Source: the human T2T-CHM13v2.0 reference genome, Homo sapiens
Length of the DNA stretch: 64,000 bases
NCBI RefSeq assembly: GCF_009914755.1
Contig: NC_060935.1
Direction: 5' to 3' (one strand)
In this document: positions 31,888-46,261 of the stretch, piece after piece
Position numbering within the stretch: position 1 is the stretch's first letter
Layout: each line of letters starts with the position of its first letter
Notes under the pieces: generated by a model
What the model was told of the DNA's origin: nothing
Databases searched by the model: none
Seen by the model: only the letters and a program-made list of their open reading frames with translations
Made by a program: the position numbers and the translations under genes

Positions 31888-33189
31888 AGAATGAGAACAC
31901 ATGGATGCAGGGAGGGGAATATCACACACTGGGGCCTGCCTGGGGTGGGGGGCTAGGGGAGGGACAGCATTAGGAGAAATACCTAATGTAGATCATGAGT
32001 TGATGGGTGCAGCCAGCCACCATGGCATGTGTATACCTATGTAACAAACCTGCATGTTCTGCACATGTACCCTGAACTTAAAGTATAATAATAAAAAAAA
32101 TTCCATCTTTACCTTCTCCCATGTATTACATACACCCTGACTGATTTGATACTAATTTTCTTTGCATTTGTTTTAAAGTCTAAAACTAATTATTTACCTG
32201 TTGATCTATTGGAAAACTTCAAGAGGCAAAACTGAGAGTTGGATTTCGTAAAGGAACTGATTATTAATTCTTACGGCTATTGAAAGCAGTTTGGATAAGT
32301 CATTTTGTTTCACTACATTAAAAAAAATTTTTGAAAATTATCTAAAGTGTGGCATCTTCCTCAAGGTATCCCATGCCACATGCCAAATAAAAATATTGAT
32401 GTGGTCTGCTGCACTATTCCACTAACATTTATTTTGAAGTCATACATTTTCCTCTTATCTTAGAGAAAAAAAAAACCCTTCCACCTGCATAATTTATAAT
32501 TTAAGAAGTTTTGTTAGATCAAAAGGAAAGAAAGAATGAACAGAAGCAAAGAGTGTAAAAAGCTTTAATATTTGGGTGATAGCACCATACTTTGTGTGGC
32601 CTTTCTCCCTGCTGCTGTAAGCAGAAGCAGAAAAAAGAAACCAGAGAGAGTGTGATTTGTTCAAGGTTGTTCAATGTGAGTCAGAAAAGACTGGCTATTT
32701 GAATGCAAGACAGAGCCAACATCTTTTTCCCCTATAAAGGTATTTTTGTATGTGATTGGTTTCAATCCCAACAAGTAAACACAATCACATTTCATACATT
32801 TCAAGCAGCAAACAAGGCATAACTGTTTTTCTTAAGGGGAGGAGTGTTGGGAGTCTTCAGGGGAGAAATTCTTACTATATAACAAAATATATAAAAATGC
32901 TACTCAATGAGAGGGTGGTAGAGATGTGTATGGGCTCCTTGGAACAAATATTGAGGGTTGGAAGCGACCGGGTGGAAGTGCACGTAGAGATTATGAGGGA
33001 GAAGGAACTGGGGGGACAGTTTGTGCTACTGCTCCCTGCAACTTCTTAAGGGCCTTTATACTTTCCACTTCTGTGAGGCCTTCTAATGCCTCCTCACCCT
33101 CCCTAACTATCCCAAGTAAATCATGTCTCCATGGTTCACAGCTAGTCCATGTGTAAGACAATATAACCTTCTGATTAAAAGCTCATCTA

Positions 33190-33415
33190 TACAGTTAAAT
33201 AGCACTGCACTCAAATCCAAAAGCAATTTGCTACCAGTTTAGGGGCTTTTGGCAAGCTAATTCAGCCCTCTTAGCCTCAGGCTTTCCCATATGAAAAAAA
33301 AAATGGGAATAACAGTGTCTGCTGCAGAGGTTCTTATAGAATTAAAAGAGAGAATCCATGCATGTGCTCAATGCACTGCCTGACAGTGATGAATAAATGG
33401 CAGAAAGTGTTATCA
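33190..33415 (+). mobile_element. MIR
   Basis: ggcaagctaattcagccctcttagcctcagg...aaaatgggaataacag...gcactgcctgaca. Confidence 0.65.
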
Positions 33416-33669
33416 CTTTCATGGCATATTTTGTATATATCGTTTTCATTCGCTTGTCTTCACATGAAGAATGTTGGCTTTCTCAAATAGCCTGTAAGTA
33501 AAACATGAGGTTACTTTGAAGCCTATCCAGTAGACTTTGATCCTGAATTAGAGTTTCTTCTCATTAAAGAATTTAGCCATAATCCTGAGCCATCTGTGGC
33601 TGTGAGAATAAATCTGCTCTGTCCAGAAGTGACATTCCATTCCTTTATAACTCTCTTTTCTTTTGCCCA

Positions 33670-34071
33670 TGTTGGGCTCAGAATGAGATACTCCAAAATT
33701 AAGAAAATAGCGGAAGCATCAAGGTCTCTCTGACTTCTCCTGGTTTCTTCCCCTGAAGATTGGCATATGATAGGTGTCCTGTCCTGTATCCAGAGGGAAG
33801 CAATGCCATGCAGTGATGCCAAGAAGAAACTGAACAAATAGCCCTTGCTAAGCTCCCCTCAGGTTATTGCCATTAGATCATAAGCTTTTGTCCTCCAATC
33901 ATACTTCTGCATGACTGTCGGTAAAAATTTGCAGTTTTCCCTGGGAACTTTGTCTTCATTTCTGAAGACTCCCATGTCATATAACATTTTCATTAAATAC
34001 ATTTGTTATGCTTTTCTTTTGTTGCTCTGTCTTTTGTTATAGGGTGGGGAAATAAATTTTTTTCTCCCATA
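33670..34071 (+). mobile_element. MER31-type ERV1 solo LTR
   Basis: Starts tgttgggctcagaa; aaggtctctctgac; gccaagaagaaactgaacaaa; cttcatttctgaag; possible ccca TSD. Confidence 0.75.
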
Positions 34072-34178
34072 CCCATCTTGTCTACCCCAGGATGTATCCT
34101 CCCTACTGAAAGACCTTATTCATAAACTCACATGTTGCTCTATGTTTGTAGACTGCTAACCTAATCCTTAGCTATTAG

Positions 34179-34412
<234 letters not shown>

Positions 34413-34506
34413 TGAGCTTAGTTTGATGATGAAATTCCACTGGACAGCACCATGATATTCTCTATATAAAACCATTTAACCTCCACGGACAGATGGACAT
34501 TGGAAC

Positions 34507-34532
34507 ATTATTATTATTATTATTATTATTAT
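34507..34532. repeat. (TTA)n microsatellite
   Basis: Direct read. Confidence 0.9.
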
Positions 34533-37500
34533 ATGTTCAACATTGTTTAAGTTGTTCAGTTACTTCTGGAGAGAGGTAGAGCTGTGATATCCTGATTTTT
34601 AAGCTACTAAGTTTTCATCTTTCATCCTCAGTCTCTAGTACAAAGAGACTGAGGACAAATTTCAGAGGAAGAAGGATTACAGTCAGGCCTAACATTATAG
34701 TAAGGGAATCTGAAAATGCAACTGAAAATTTTTAGAGCTTATTCTAAGGAATAACATTTGAGTAAATTATAAGGAAATATAGGGTTAAGTCAGATGGAAG
34801 CGGTAGAGAGAAAATAGGGTTAGAATATAAGTCATTAAAGCCAGCACGAATAAGAAAGAACATGAAGCAGAGTAGAGGCTGGCAGAAGAGACTGTTAGTT
34901 TGTTGCTGTAGTAGACAAGAGGTGGGAGTTGCCATCATGAGGAACTCTCAGACCTCCAAGGCCCAGAGACTGCACTGGAGCCACTTAGGAAAAACCTACC
35001 TTTCTTTGGCTCCTCTTGTCTGTTACAGGATGTTTTCTTCTTAATAGAGGACCTTATTCCTAAGCTTGGACAGTTTTGTGTCTTACTCTTCACCCTTTCC
35101 ACCCATCTCAACCGGGTAAGAGTTGGTACAGAGAAAATAACAATTCACCAAAGCTAAAGTCGGCTATGAATGCAGAGGAGTTAATTTGGTTATGTAAGAA
35201 TAACAGAATTAAGGAAAAGGAATGCAAGGCATAAAGTGGAAACAAGAGACCCCTAAAGAAGTTTTGGCATGAAAGTGGAAGAAAGGTATTGGAAAGGTTT
35301 TCTAGGTAGCAAAAAGCATGGGCAGGTGGATGTGAATCCAGTATGAGATGGGCTTGCCTTTGGAGGACTGGATGGGAAGTAATGTTTTCTTGAGAAAATC
35401 ACGTTCAATAAAGAAGGATAAGAAATGAGCAGCATGAGTGTTTATTGGATATAACATGTGCTTATTAATTTGTACACATCAACTTATAAAATGTGTACCA
35501 CATTCCTATGGAATTGGCATTGTTGTCTGAGAAAAAGTATCTTACAGAATAGAACTCTGAGAACAAATTGTATTTTCTCCCCATCTAATGTCTAGGTATA
35601 AATCAAAGCCATGCCCCAATATAGATAATTCTGAATGCTGCATTCTTACTTGATATCTTGCCTCTATATTTTCTATTGAGATTAAACATTTTTCACTATT
35701 ATAACTTTTAACAGATGCATAATATTCCACCTTGTGGTTATGCCATTATTTATTTAACAAACTCCAAATTATTAGGTAGTGGGCTTTCTCCCCAAGGTTT
35801 CATTATTTTAAATAATTCCACAGTAAAAATATTGCAGATAAATTTTAAAATTAGTTTTTAATTTTTCCTTAAATGACGACTCCAAATTGAATAAGTAAAT
35901 CAACAGGCATACATAATTTTAAGACTTTACTTTCATATTTTCTTGCTTCAAAGAAAAGTCATTTAGTTTACACTAGGAAAGCAATTTCAGAACCAGAAAC
36001 AATAAGACTGAGAAGCCAGTACCTAAAGGCTCTTCTGAGAATTCGGATTGCACCAGAGAAGTCAACACTCACTGGAGCAACACATTATTCTGGCCCTGAC
36101 CAATCCATTCTCACTTCCCCTGATGCAGAATCAGTTTCAAAGCATGTGTTGTGTCTAGACTGTTTCTATTCAGCTTGCTGAAAAGAATGCCACAACACAC
36201 CTGTCCCCCAAAATGAGTAGGAAGAGTCTTAATATATCACAGCCCCTTAAGTTCCCTCTCAAGCCAGCAGACAAATTCCTGAGTGATAATTCCAGTCTAG
36301 CTATCTTTTCTCACAATCTTACCATTACTCAACAGCATCCCAACCAATACAAAATAATTGTCCATATATTTTCTGTACATATAGGCATACCACACTTCAC
36401 TAATTTGAGGCCAAAGGATCAAAATAATAATTGCTTTACCCACCTGCATGTTTGCTGTATTTAACTCAGACCTTTGCAAGAATCTGACCAAACAAGGTGC
36501 AACCAGACCAAACTAGAAAGCCAGCTTGGTTAAATTTCTGTTCACCACAGGATTGCTGAATATGTGTGTGTTCACAGCAGCCCCCAAATGGCTTACCTCA
36601 TTCAATCTTGCCTTTTCAGTCCAATTGGTCCAGTGAAAATGTCGACTTATCTGGAAAAGGGGAAATACAGGAGCATAATAAGTAGGACGAAAAATAGAAA
36701 GATGTGTAATATAAAGCATGCGGTACTTTTTTCAGTACAAATAATAGAATCTCACTTCATATTTTGGGAAAATAACAAAAAGGCAATAAGAGAAAATCAT
36801 GTTCTTATCAAGTGACTCAAAATCCCCTACAGAGTTCAGACCCACGTTCAGTCTAGCCTTCAGAAATGACTTGGCAAAATGAAGCAAGAGTCATTTTAGA
36901 GTCGTTTAATCTCTAACTTCAATTTTCTTAATAAAAAGAGACACAGCTGTACCTTAGCTCATTAGCTCAGGGAGGGGTCTGGCAAATGAATCCAGTCTAA
37001 TTACAGAATGCCTGTGAGATAGCAAGTGCAACATGTGTACGATCTTCCACGATCTGACTTCTTCAAAGTTATAACCCACATGTTAATAAGCAACTGAAAT
37101 TCACGCTGGCATGGAAGCAATGAGTCTAATCCTAAATCTGTAATCAGATACTTGGGCATGAGCAAGTTCCATAGCATGAAAGAATACTGAAAATATTTGA
37201 GTGCATTAAAATTTATATATTTCAAAAATTGTAATAAGGTAGGTTTTCTTTATATAAATTAATTATGATTTAAATGCTTTTCTATTTATAAAATAATTAA
37301 GAGTATAACTAAATTTCACCAAAAGCCTGTAATTCCTCTAAGATTTTAGAGCTCTATACCTCCAAATTATTTTAACTATTATGATTTAGTATAATGATTG
37401 TTTCATTTTAATATCCCAAGAATGTCAGACATTAAGATACAAATTCACATTCATAAAGGTCAGACTAAAAAATCTTCTTTTATATGTGTTTTAATTATCA

Positions 37501-37941
37501 GGGTAAACATTTTTATTCAAATACACACAGCCCTAACATTACATTTCTGTCTTCAGTATAAATGCTTTTCCGTGTTTTATTTAACAGTTCAAAGAAGACA
37601 TTTTATGCTTTGCTAGTTATAAAATATATACAACAGTACTATTAGAAATCAATCTTCATTAGGATCATGTGAAAAAAACTGGCATAGAAACTTCCACTAG
37701 AAAGAGAAAGGGGATTCTCAGATTTGCAAAGGACATTATTTTAGTTATGATCCACCTAGGTTGGCTTTTTCTCAATACCCTAACATAATAATCCTAACTA
37801 AAAATGTTGATCACTAATCAGTGTATTTGATGGTGAGTCTTGAATTTATTAAATTAATCATCTAATTTCTTTTCCAGGTCCCAATTCACATTTACATGTA
37901 ATCAAAAAGCAGACTTAAAGATATCATTTTAATTATTCATC

Positions 37942-39297
37942 TGATATGGTTTGGATCTGTGTTCCCACCTAAATCTCATGTTGAAATGTCAACCTCAATG
38001 CTGAAGGTGGGGCTTGGTGGGAGGTGTTTGGATCATGGGGCTGGTTTCTCATGGTTTAACACCACCCCTGGTGCTGTCGTTGCGATAGTAAGTGCTCCTG
38101 AGATCTGGTTGTTTAAAAGTGTGTGGCACCTCCCGGCTCTCCCTCTTCCTCCTGCTCAGACAAGATGAAGTGATGGCTCCTCCTTTGCCTTCTGTCACTA
38201 AGTTTCCTGAGCCTTCCCTGAAGCTGATGCTGCCATGATTCCTGTACAGCCCACAGAACGGTGAGCCAATTAAACCTCCTTTCTTAAACCTCCTATTACT
38301 TTATAGCAGTGTGAGAAAAAACAAATACAGAAAATTGGTACCAGGAGTTGTGTATTGCTATAAAGACACCTGAAAATGTGGAAGCACCTTTGGAATTGGG
38401 TAATGGGCAGAGGTTGGAAGAGTGTGGAGGGCTCAGAAGGTGACAGGAAGATAAGAGAAAATTTGGAACTTCTAGAGATTTGTTGAATGGTTGTAATCAA
38501 AATGCTAATAGTCAGTGAAGGCCAGGATGAGGAGGTCTCAGATGGAGATGAGGAACTTATTGGCAATGGAGCAAAGGTCACATTTGGCAAAAAGCTTGTT
38601 TGGATTATGCCCCTGCCCTACAGATCTGTGAAACTTTGAACTTGAGAGTGATAATTTAGAGCAGGAGTCCCCAGCCCCTGAGCCACAGACAATTATCAGT
38701 CCATGGCCTGTTAAGAGAGGCAAGCAGGCAAGCAAGTGAAGCTTTATCTGTATTTACAGCCACTCCCCATTGCTCACATTACTGCCTGAGCTAGGCCTCC
38801 TGTCAGATCAGCAGTGGCATTCAATTCTCATAGGAGCGTGAACCCTATTGTGAACTGCACCTGTGAGGGATCTAGGTTGTCTGCTCCTTATGAGAATCTA
38901 ACGTCTGATGATCTGTCACTGTCTCCTATTGCCCATGGATGGGACTATCTAGCTGCAGGAAAACAAGTTCAGTGCTCCCATTGATTCTACATTATGGTGA
39001 GCTGTATAATTCTTTCACTGTGTCTTACAATGTAATAATAATGGAAATAAAGTGCACAATAAATGTAATGTACTTGAATCACCCTGAAGCCAACCCACCC
39101 ACCCCCAGTATGTGGAAAAATTGTCATCCACAAAACCAGTCCCTGGTGCCAAAAAGGTTGGGGACTGCTGATTTGGGGTATCTGGTAGAAGAAATGTCCA
39201 AGCAGCAAAGCATTCAATTTTTGACCTGGCTGCTTCTGATAGCCCATTTCATATGCATGAGCAAAGAAATTATGTAAAACTGGAAATTATATTTAAT
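37942..39297 (+). mobile_element. MSTB-type LTR (37942-38329) plus partial MST-internal sequence, interrupted by MER1
   Basis: tgatatggtttggatctgtg...caaataca then gaaaattggtaccagg; internal resumes at 39171. Confidence 0.9.
38662..39170 (+). mobile_element. MER1A (hAT-Charlie) DNA transposon
   Basis: TIRs caggagtccccagcc / ggttggggactgctg; 8-bp TSD atttagag / atttgggg. Confidence 0.9.
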
Positions 39298-39301
39298 AGG
39301 A

Positions 39302-39618
39302 GGCCAGGTGCAACGGGTCACACCTGTGATCCTAGCACTTTGGGAGGCTGAGGCCATCAGATCACCTGAGGTCAGGAGTTCAAGACTAGCCTGGCCAACA
39401 TGGTGAAACCCTATCTCTACTAAAATACAAAATTTAGCCAGGCATGATGGCGGGTGCCTGTAATCCCAACTACTCAGGAGGCTGAGATGGGAGAATCATT
39501 TGAACTCAAGAGACAGTAGTTGCAGTGAGCTGAGATCATGCCATTGCCCTCCAGTCTGGGTGGCCGAGCGAGACTCTGTCTCCAAAAAAAAAAAAAAAAA
39601 AAAAAAGAAAAAAAGAAA
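39302..39618 (+). mobile_element. Alu (AluSx-like), no TSD visible
   Basis: Full dimer with A tail. Confidence 0.95.
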
Positions 39619-41844
39619 GTGTTTCTGAATTATAAAATATTATATAAATGTTTGTTTCAAAACTACCTACTTTTGATTAATATAAATGTGCCTGCCTGCA
39701 TGTTCTCCTCCCTTCCTTGCTTCTTATTGGCATTGGGATACTATTAGCATTTGTTCAGCATTTACTTCAATGAGCATTACCAGGAAATGAGAGCATCAAA
39801 TTCCAGCCTCCATGAATTTGGTTCCAAATTCCTGAGGGAAGATATCAATTAATTCTAACTTCAGGAACTGAAGACAGCTTCATGGAGAAGGTGACAATAA
39901 AATTGGAAAGATGAGTAGATTTTTAGCAGACAGAAAAACTGCTGTGAATGTAGTAGATTTTTAGTTAACGTCTGTACAGTGAAAATCACCTTCAACGAGT
40001 CTGCATTTTACCAGGTGAACAGAATCCCTGGAATTTCTATGTTTGTGCTTAAAGATTTTTTTTAAAAGGCTGCATTGGACATGCATATTCTTTGTTCTAT
40101 GAGCTTTGTACATAAATTATGACTCAAATTAATGAAAGATATAATCCAAACTGATGCAAATGCAAATGCCCTAGTTTTAGACAGCTGCAATGGTTATTTC
40201 TATACATCTAGGAAACAGCTGTCGGGTCTCATCTATACACTGGTTTTTGTTCAACTTCAAATGGGTGTCAAGAATAAAAAAAAATAGTTGATTAGAAGGT
40301 GGTACCCATGTCAGTAATACATAAGAGTTTCTAAGCCTTTCTTCCAGCTTCTAAATCACTATCCTCATATGGCACTGGCATGATGGAACAGTCTCACAGA
40401 TTGCCTTTCTCCATCCAAGCCGTGAGGATGCCCAGGCTGGTTGGAAGGTGTAACCTGTGTAATGATTCCAAAAGCACTCCTCTCCCATGATTACACAGAA
40501 CAAGTAATGGGATAGTCATTTTCAAGGCCAGGCATAAGTGATTACTCACCAAGATGCAGAGGTTATGATAGGAAAGCCCCACGCTGATGCTGACAGTCAG
40601 AAGCAAGGTGCAGGGCTTGACCCTTTATTGCAAGAAGCTGCAGAGACCATGCATCTGAGCCAGACAGCTGACGAGACGCCTTCTCCTTGGGATTCACACC
40701 ACAACAATAGGCTAATAGATTTATGCCATAAAGGCAGTGACCTCTGTGGTCAGAAACATTTTCTCACAGGAGAGAAAAAGGTTCCATACGCCCCTGTGTG
40801 CTACAGTTTTGACAGTGACTGACAGCATGGGCTGGCCAGAGTCTCCAGGAAGCCATATTCACAGACTTTTGCACTGTTACCCTTTGATTAACTTCTGACA
40901 CACTTTGCAACATAAAACTCTTACAAGGAAATTGCTCTGTAATGCTGGCTGTAACATCTAGAAACTTTGCCAAGGAGAGCTAAAATGTACCCCAAAGCAG
41001 TGTGGCCTGAAATAATATCCACGTGCATGTATGTGTGTGGGGAACACACTTTGGGCTTTAAATTTTCAGACTCATAATGCTATTACTTAAGTGCAATATT
41101 TAGAAAAAGATTCTCACACGTTATAAGCATATTGCACATGAAGAGACTTAAGCAATGCCAAGATGAAAATAAATAATGTATGAAGTCAGAGGCCTGAAGC
41201 AAATGTTAACTAATTTCAAAATGGGTCAAAATCACAACAATTAAGTCCCTGACATGTGAAGTCATTTTTTTCCTTCCTAAAATATTAACCAACTTGCTTC
41301 ACTTCTTCTAGATTGATTGGTAGAGCATGAAAGGTCATTTTCGTGGCAGAGGGGGAATTTGGCTTCTACAAGCCATACATAATGAGAGCCAATAAATTAG
41401 GTAAAGCTCCTGTTTACCTAAGCTGAAATATTGATGTCCAAGACCACATCGAATGCAAATCTCTACATTAATCATTTTTCCCCAGTTGGGAAATTCAGAC
41501 CATGGTAACACATGCTATGATAGACCTATACATCATAGTTACAGCAACATTAGACAGTGCCTCAGTGACAGAATACAAATATATTGCATTGGATTTCCTT
41601 CATTTTCCCCAGCCTGACTTTCATTTGTGTCTGCAAACTCTGCTCTGGGTGTGTGAGGTTTTGACACAGGTTTGGGTGATATTTTTGGTCTAGGAAATAA
41701 GTGAAAATTGATAACAAGAATTTTCTTCGGTTGGTTACCTGCCAAGCAAATCTGGAGGAGGCTCACATCTAGTTCATTAAGCATAGCACTTTGATGAACA
41801 CATACCCTGTGTTCAGTCTTCTCCCACTCCAACAGTAATATGGT

Positions 41845-42020
41845 CTGTGTTTCCCAGAGTGGGATTCATGAACCATCTGTGTCAGATCACCTGGGTGCTT
41901 GCTGGGAAATGCAGTTTCCTAGGCTTCATCATAATCAATCAGATTTTCTTAGGGTGGGGCCAGGGAATCTTGTACAAGATCCTCAGTTGTTTATTATACA
42001 CACTGTTGTTTGATAACTGA
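41845..42020. mobile_element. MER5B-like MITE
   Basis: gtgtttcccagagtggg...atcacctgggtgcttg...aaatgcagtttcctagg...gggtggggccagggaatc. Confidence 0.7.
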
Positions 42021-42149
42021 TATAGCCAGCTATCATCTGTAGGCTTCTAAAAACTACCCTGTCCTGCCACTTTTCTGCTGAAAGTCTTTCCTCTCCCATA
42101 TATGGTCCAAACCTCTACTTAGCCCTCTTTTCCTTCTCTAGAGGCATGT

Positions 42150-42850
42150 CTCACACAGTCTTATCTACTTTTAAGGTTATTCTCTCTATATGCAGAAGAC
42201 TCTCAAATTGCTATTTCCAACAGTGATGTTCTATCTCAGCTTCCAATTCATATATGAAAATGCCTGCTGAAACTGTTCACCTGGCACTAGAAAGACAGTG
42301 TGGCCAAACTGAACTCATTCCTCTTTCATTGCTATCACACAGCCAGACAGAAACCCTGATGCTCTCATTCATTCTTCTGTCTCCCTTTTATTTTCAACAC
42401 ATACGTCATTAAATAAATAGCCTGTATCATCTACTCATAGTCTCCACGATGGCTTATTCTCTTCTTTCTTTTCTACCCCTGTGCAAAGTCCAGGCCTTCC
42501 TCATTTCTCAGCTGTACCATTGTAACAGACCTCTAAACTAGTGTTCCTGTCTTTTGTCTTGAACTTCTCAAATCAGTCTTCTACATGGTGGCTGAACAGG
42601 TTTTCTAAAAATAAATCTGACTGAGTCACTTGTTTCCTTAACACTATGAGAACATTCCTCCTGCAGGACAAAAATCTAGGTTTTCTGGCCTGACTCTCCT
42701 GCCCATTTCTAGCCTATCCATACTCGATTTTCGTCAATCATTACCTGGATTTTCCTTCAATACAACCATTTATAGTAACCTTATACCTTGCCTTTCCTCC
42801 CATTTCCCTCTGCCTGGAGTACCCTTTTCTTGACTATTTTCACTCATATT
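42150..42850 (+). mobile_element. L2 fragment
   Basis: tatatgcagaagactctcaaattg; ccaaactgaactcatt; ttttctaaaaataaatctga; ccctctgcctggagtaccctt. Confidence 0.7.
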
Positions 42851-44519
42851 ATTACTCAATAATTATAATGATGCTTATAAATGTTACTTTATAACACAAT
42901 TATCTAATATGAATACTTACTCTATGCCAACTATTGAGTTAAATTTTTCTTTTGATCCTCACAAGGATCAAAATGTGATAACCTACATTAGTAGGCTTTT
43001 CAAGAAGCCTCCTTTCGTCACTTTTTTAAGGCTTTCCTTAATCTCTAGTCTGACTACTTCTTACCTTATTACCACCAACACGCTGTGTGCTTACTTCAGC
43101 CAAAACATTTAGCCTAATATACTAAAATAGTATGTTTATATTCTCCACTCTCTTTTCATCACTAAATTACCTGATTCACAAGAGCAGAGCATGTCTTATT
43201 CAGATCTATTTTCAAACCATGTAGTCCGAGCTTCCCAAGTAACGTTTTTTTAACTCAAGAGATCTGATTCATGGCCATAGAGAATATCACTGTGAGTGGC
43301 TCTTCTCAGCATATTAACTAAGAGACTTTTGATCTGAGACCTTGAACTTCAAGCGGAGAGGCAGGACCATGTTCATGTTTGTATCTCCCTTTAGTGCCTA
43401 GTCCTGCATATTTTATATGATCATTGCTCAAAAGTGTTGGTACAAATTTAACTGCTACTATGTGGATTTCAGGAATATTAAAATGATGATCAGCTCTGCT
43501 AAATTTTAGAAATATAGAGTACACAAAGTCACTGTTAAAAACAAAATGATTAGGCACTCTAGCCTCACGATGTCAGAAGGGATATTCATTAAACATAATG
43601 GATTTGTGAGTGTCAGACAGAATAAATGTATGAACTCACAAAAAGGGCAAAGGGGAATGGATCCCCGTTGTGAGAAAAGGGCAAATGGCACCTTGTAGAG
43701 CCAGAAACCCCAAGAATTAAGGGGCTCAATGGGATGGGGTTTTTTTTTTTAACAACTGTTTAAATTTTTTTCTGTAATGGCATACTTTTGGTACATTTAA
43801 TTATATCTGAATATGGTCATAAAATAGTATAATAATAATGAAATATTGCTCAACTTATTGAGTGAATACCTTGGCCCAAGTGTTCTATATAGCTCAATAT
43901 ATCTTCTAGGTATGTATTTTCTCCCATTTTATAAATGAGGAAGCTGAAGTTCAGAAGGGTTTAGTAACTTTCTCAAGATCATATTGCAATGTATTCACAT
44001 ATGATAGTCTGTGTGTTGATTCATTTAACAAGCACATGCTGAGCAATAACTGTGCCAGACATTGAACTAGGAACTAAACATACAAGGATAAGTCAGAAGT
44101 TCAAAGAGTTCTCAGTACTGTGATGGAATCATAAAAAGTAACACTTATGATACAATGTGGCATGTACTCTGCGAGAGTGAGCCTATGAGGTCAATGCAGA
44201 GGGTCATGGGAACCTGGGAGAGAGGGAGCTAATCTAGCTTGGGATAAAAAACAAACAAACAAACAAACATGTAAAGCATCAGGGAACACTTCCCAAAAAG
44301 GCATAAAAAGTCTGACTGTATGAGGCAAGAACCACACTTTAGATGGAGGGAACGACACATGCCATTGACTCAGAAGTCTTCCGTGTCCTATATTTCTCAT
44401 CACTGCTATCACCAGAATGTGTTTGAGAAGGTAATGGCAGATCATCTTGATTTTACACTCTCAAAGTGGACACCTTGAGAGATGGTGTTCAATGAGGATG
44501 AAAAGTATGAGTATGCCAC

Positions 44520-44610
44520 GGAAGAGTGCTTACAATTTGTCCTACGATGCAAATGGTACCCTTTGGTGATTGTGCAGGGCACAACCTGTACATTGTAAAT
44601 GACAGCCCTG
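44520..44610. mobile_element. MER91-like (hAT-Tip100) fragment
   Basis: Terminus ttgtgcagggcacaacctgtaca...cagccctg. Confidence 0.6.
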
Positions 44611-46261
44611 TTCCAAGCATTGTGCTTGGTCCTTAACATATCTAATCTGATTTATTCTTCATGGTGACTCTAAAAGTTGGTTTGCTTGCCTTCATTGTAT
44701 GGATAAGGAGACTAATACCCCATGAGTTTAAATGACTGTCCAAACATCACACACAGAACAAATAAAAGAGCCAGAATCTTAATCTAGATGTCTATGCCTC
44801 CAAAGTCCTTGATCTATCTGCTAGAAAATCAGGAATAAGGAAGAAATTCTGTTTTACCTCTTTGGTGAGCTCTTCTCTGGCATCATAGATGGGTCCTTCC
44901 CCCTGACTTCCCAGTCTAGTTCTCACAAGAGACAAGATGAACTGCTGCTTCTATATTAGCTTCTGTAAGAGTACCAGCCTGTCTGGGCCCTATTTTCATT
45001 AATCTTTATGCTTTCCCCTGATTTGATTCTCTTTCTTTTACCCTAATTTCCTCCCGAGTCTAGCTAAAAAAAGACCATGCCTTTTGATGACATATGCTAG
45101 TAGGTTTGTTCTCATTATGATTGTGTCTATTAAACTGTTCCAATATTAATCTAGGTCATAGAAGACTAATAGAAATCCCCCATTAATGTAATATTTCTTA
45201 AGTACTATATGTTGCCATATTTATAAGAGCTCAGGCAGAGCCAGCAATGGGAACTGTAAACTTATACTAATAAAATAGGAGGGATGATACATACCAGAAG
45301 CACAGGTTTCCTTTGAACACCTTTCTATCTCACTTTCAGGACTGTGGGGTTGTTAAGTCTAATTTTATGACCACTATCATGTTGTAAAACTTGTCGGTCT
45401 TTGCTGTATCCTCAGACGTGAGGCCTCGCCCATCCCTCTCTTTTCATGTTATTTGAATTCTAGATGTGGGTTAAAATCCCAGAAGTGGTAAGCTTTCTGT
45501 TCTGAGCATACTGTGCATTAATCTACTACACACCAAAGTCTATTAATTTTGAATAGTGTTATCAATTATACTGCACGACAGAGAGATAACTATGTTATCA
45601 CCTTTGAAGAAGTGTCTTTCTTAAGAAACCTATATAGCCTTATCAAGACTCTAATGCTGATGGATAACCCCCTTCTCAAAAATCACAATTTGATTGCATT
45701 TTCTTTTACAGGATCTTCAAAATGCAAGCCAATACAATACTTCTGAGGCTTGTATCACCTATCCGCTTACACAATTAATGAGCTTATCATTACTCTTCCG
45801 ATAAAAATAAGACCATTCCACTTACTCTGGGCTTTTAAATATACCTACTTTCCAGATATGAAATCTATAGACAGGCAATGTTAGCACCTATACCTGGCCT
45901 TGTGAGCTTCCCACAATTTATTTATCTATCAGGTGCCACTGAGAAATGGATCTTTTCGTTTTTTAAAAAAATCCCATTTGACTCTGTCTCATCCTCCCAT
46001 TCTCTGTCTAGCCCAATTATATTGACAATCTGGTCTTTTCTTCCTAGCCTTCCTTCAGGACAACTTCTGGTTTTTGTTCTTCCCACAAAAACTCCAGTAT
46101 AAAAGAATAAATCCACTTTCATGTTAAGCTTCAGGCCTCTTAAATAATCTCTCTTAGATCAATGATAAAGAAAGACTAGGAAACAGCTCAAAACCCTCCC
46201 CTGACTTTGCAACTTACTAAAACTAAAATGGGATCTTTTTGCCGGGCATGCCTTACAAGCT

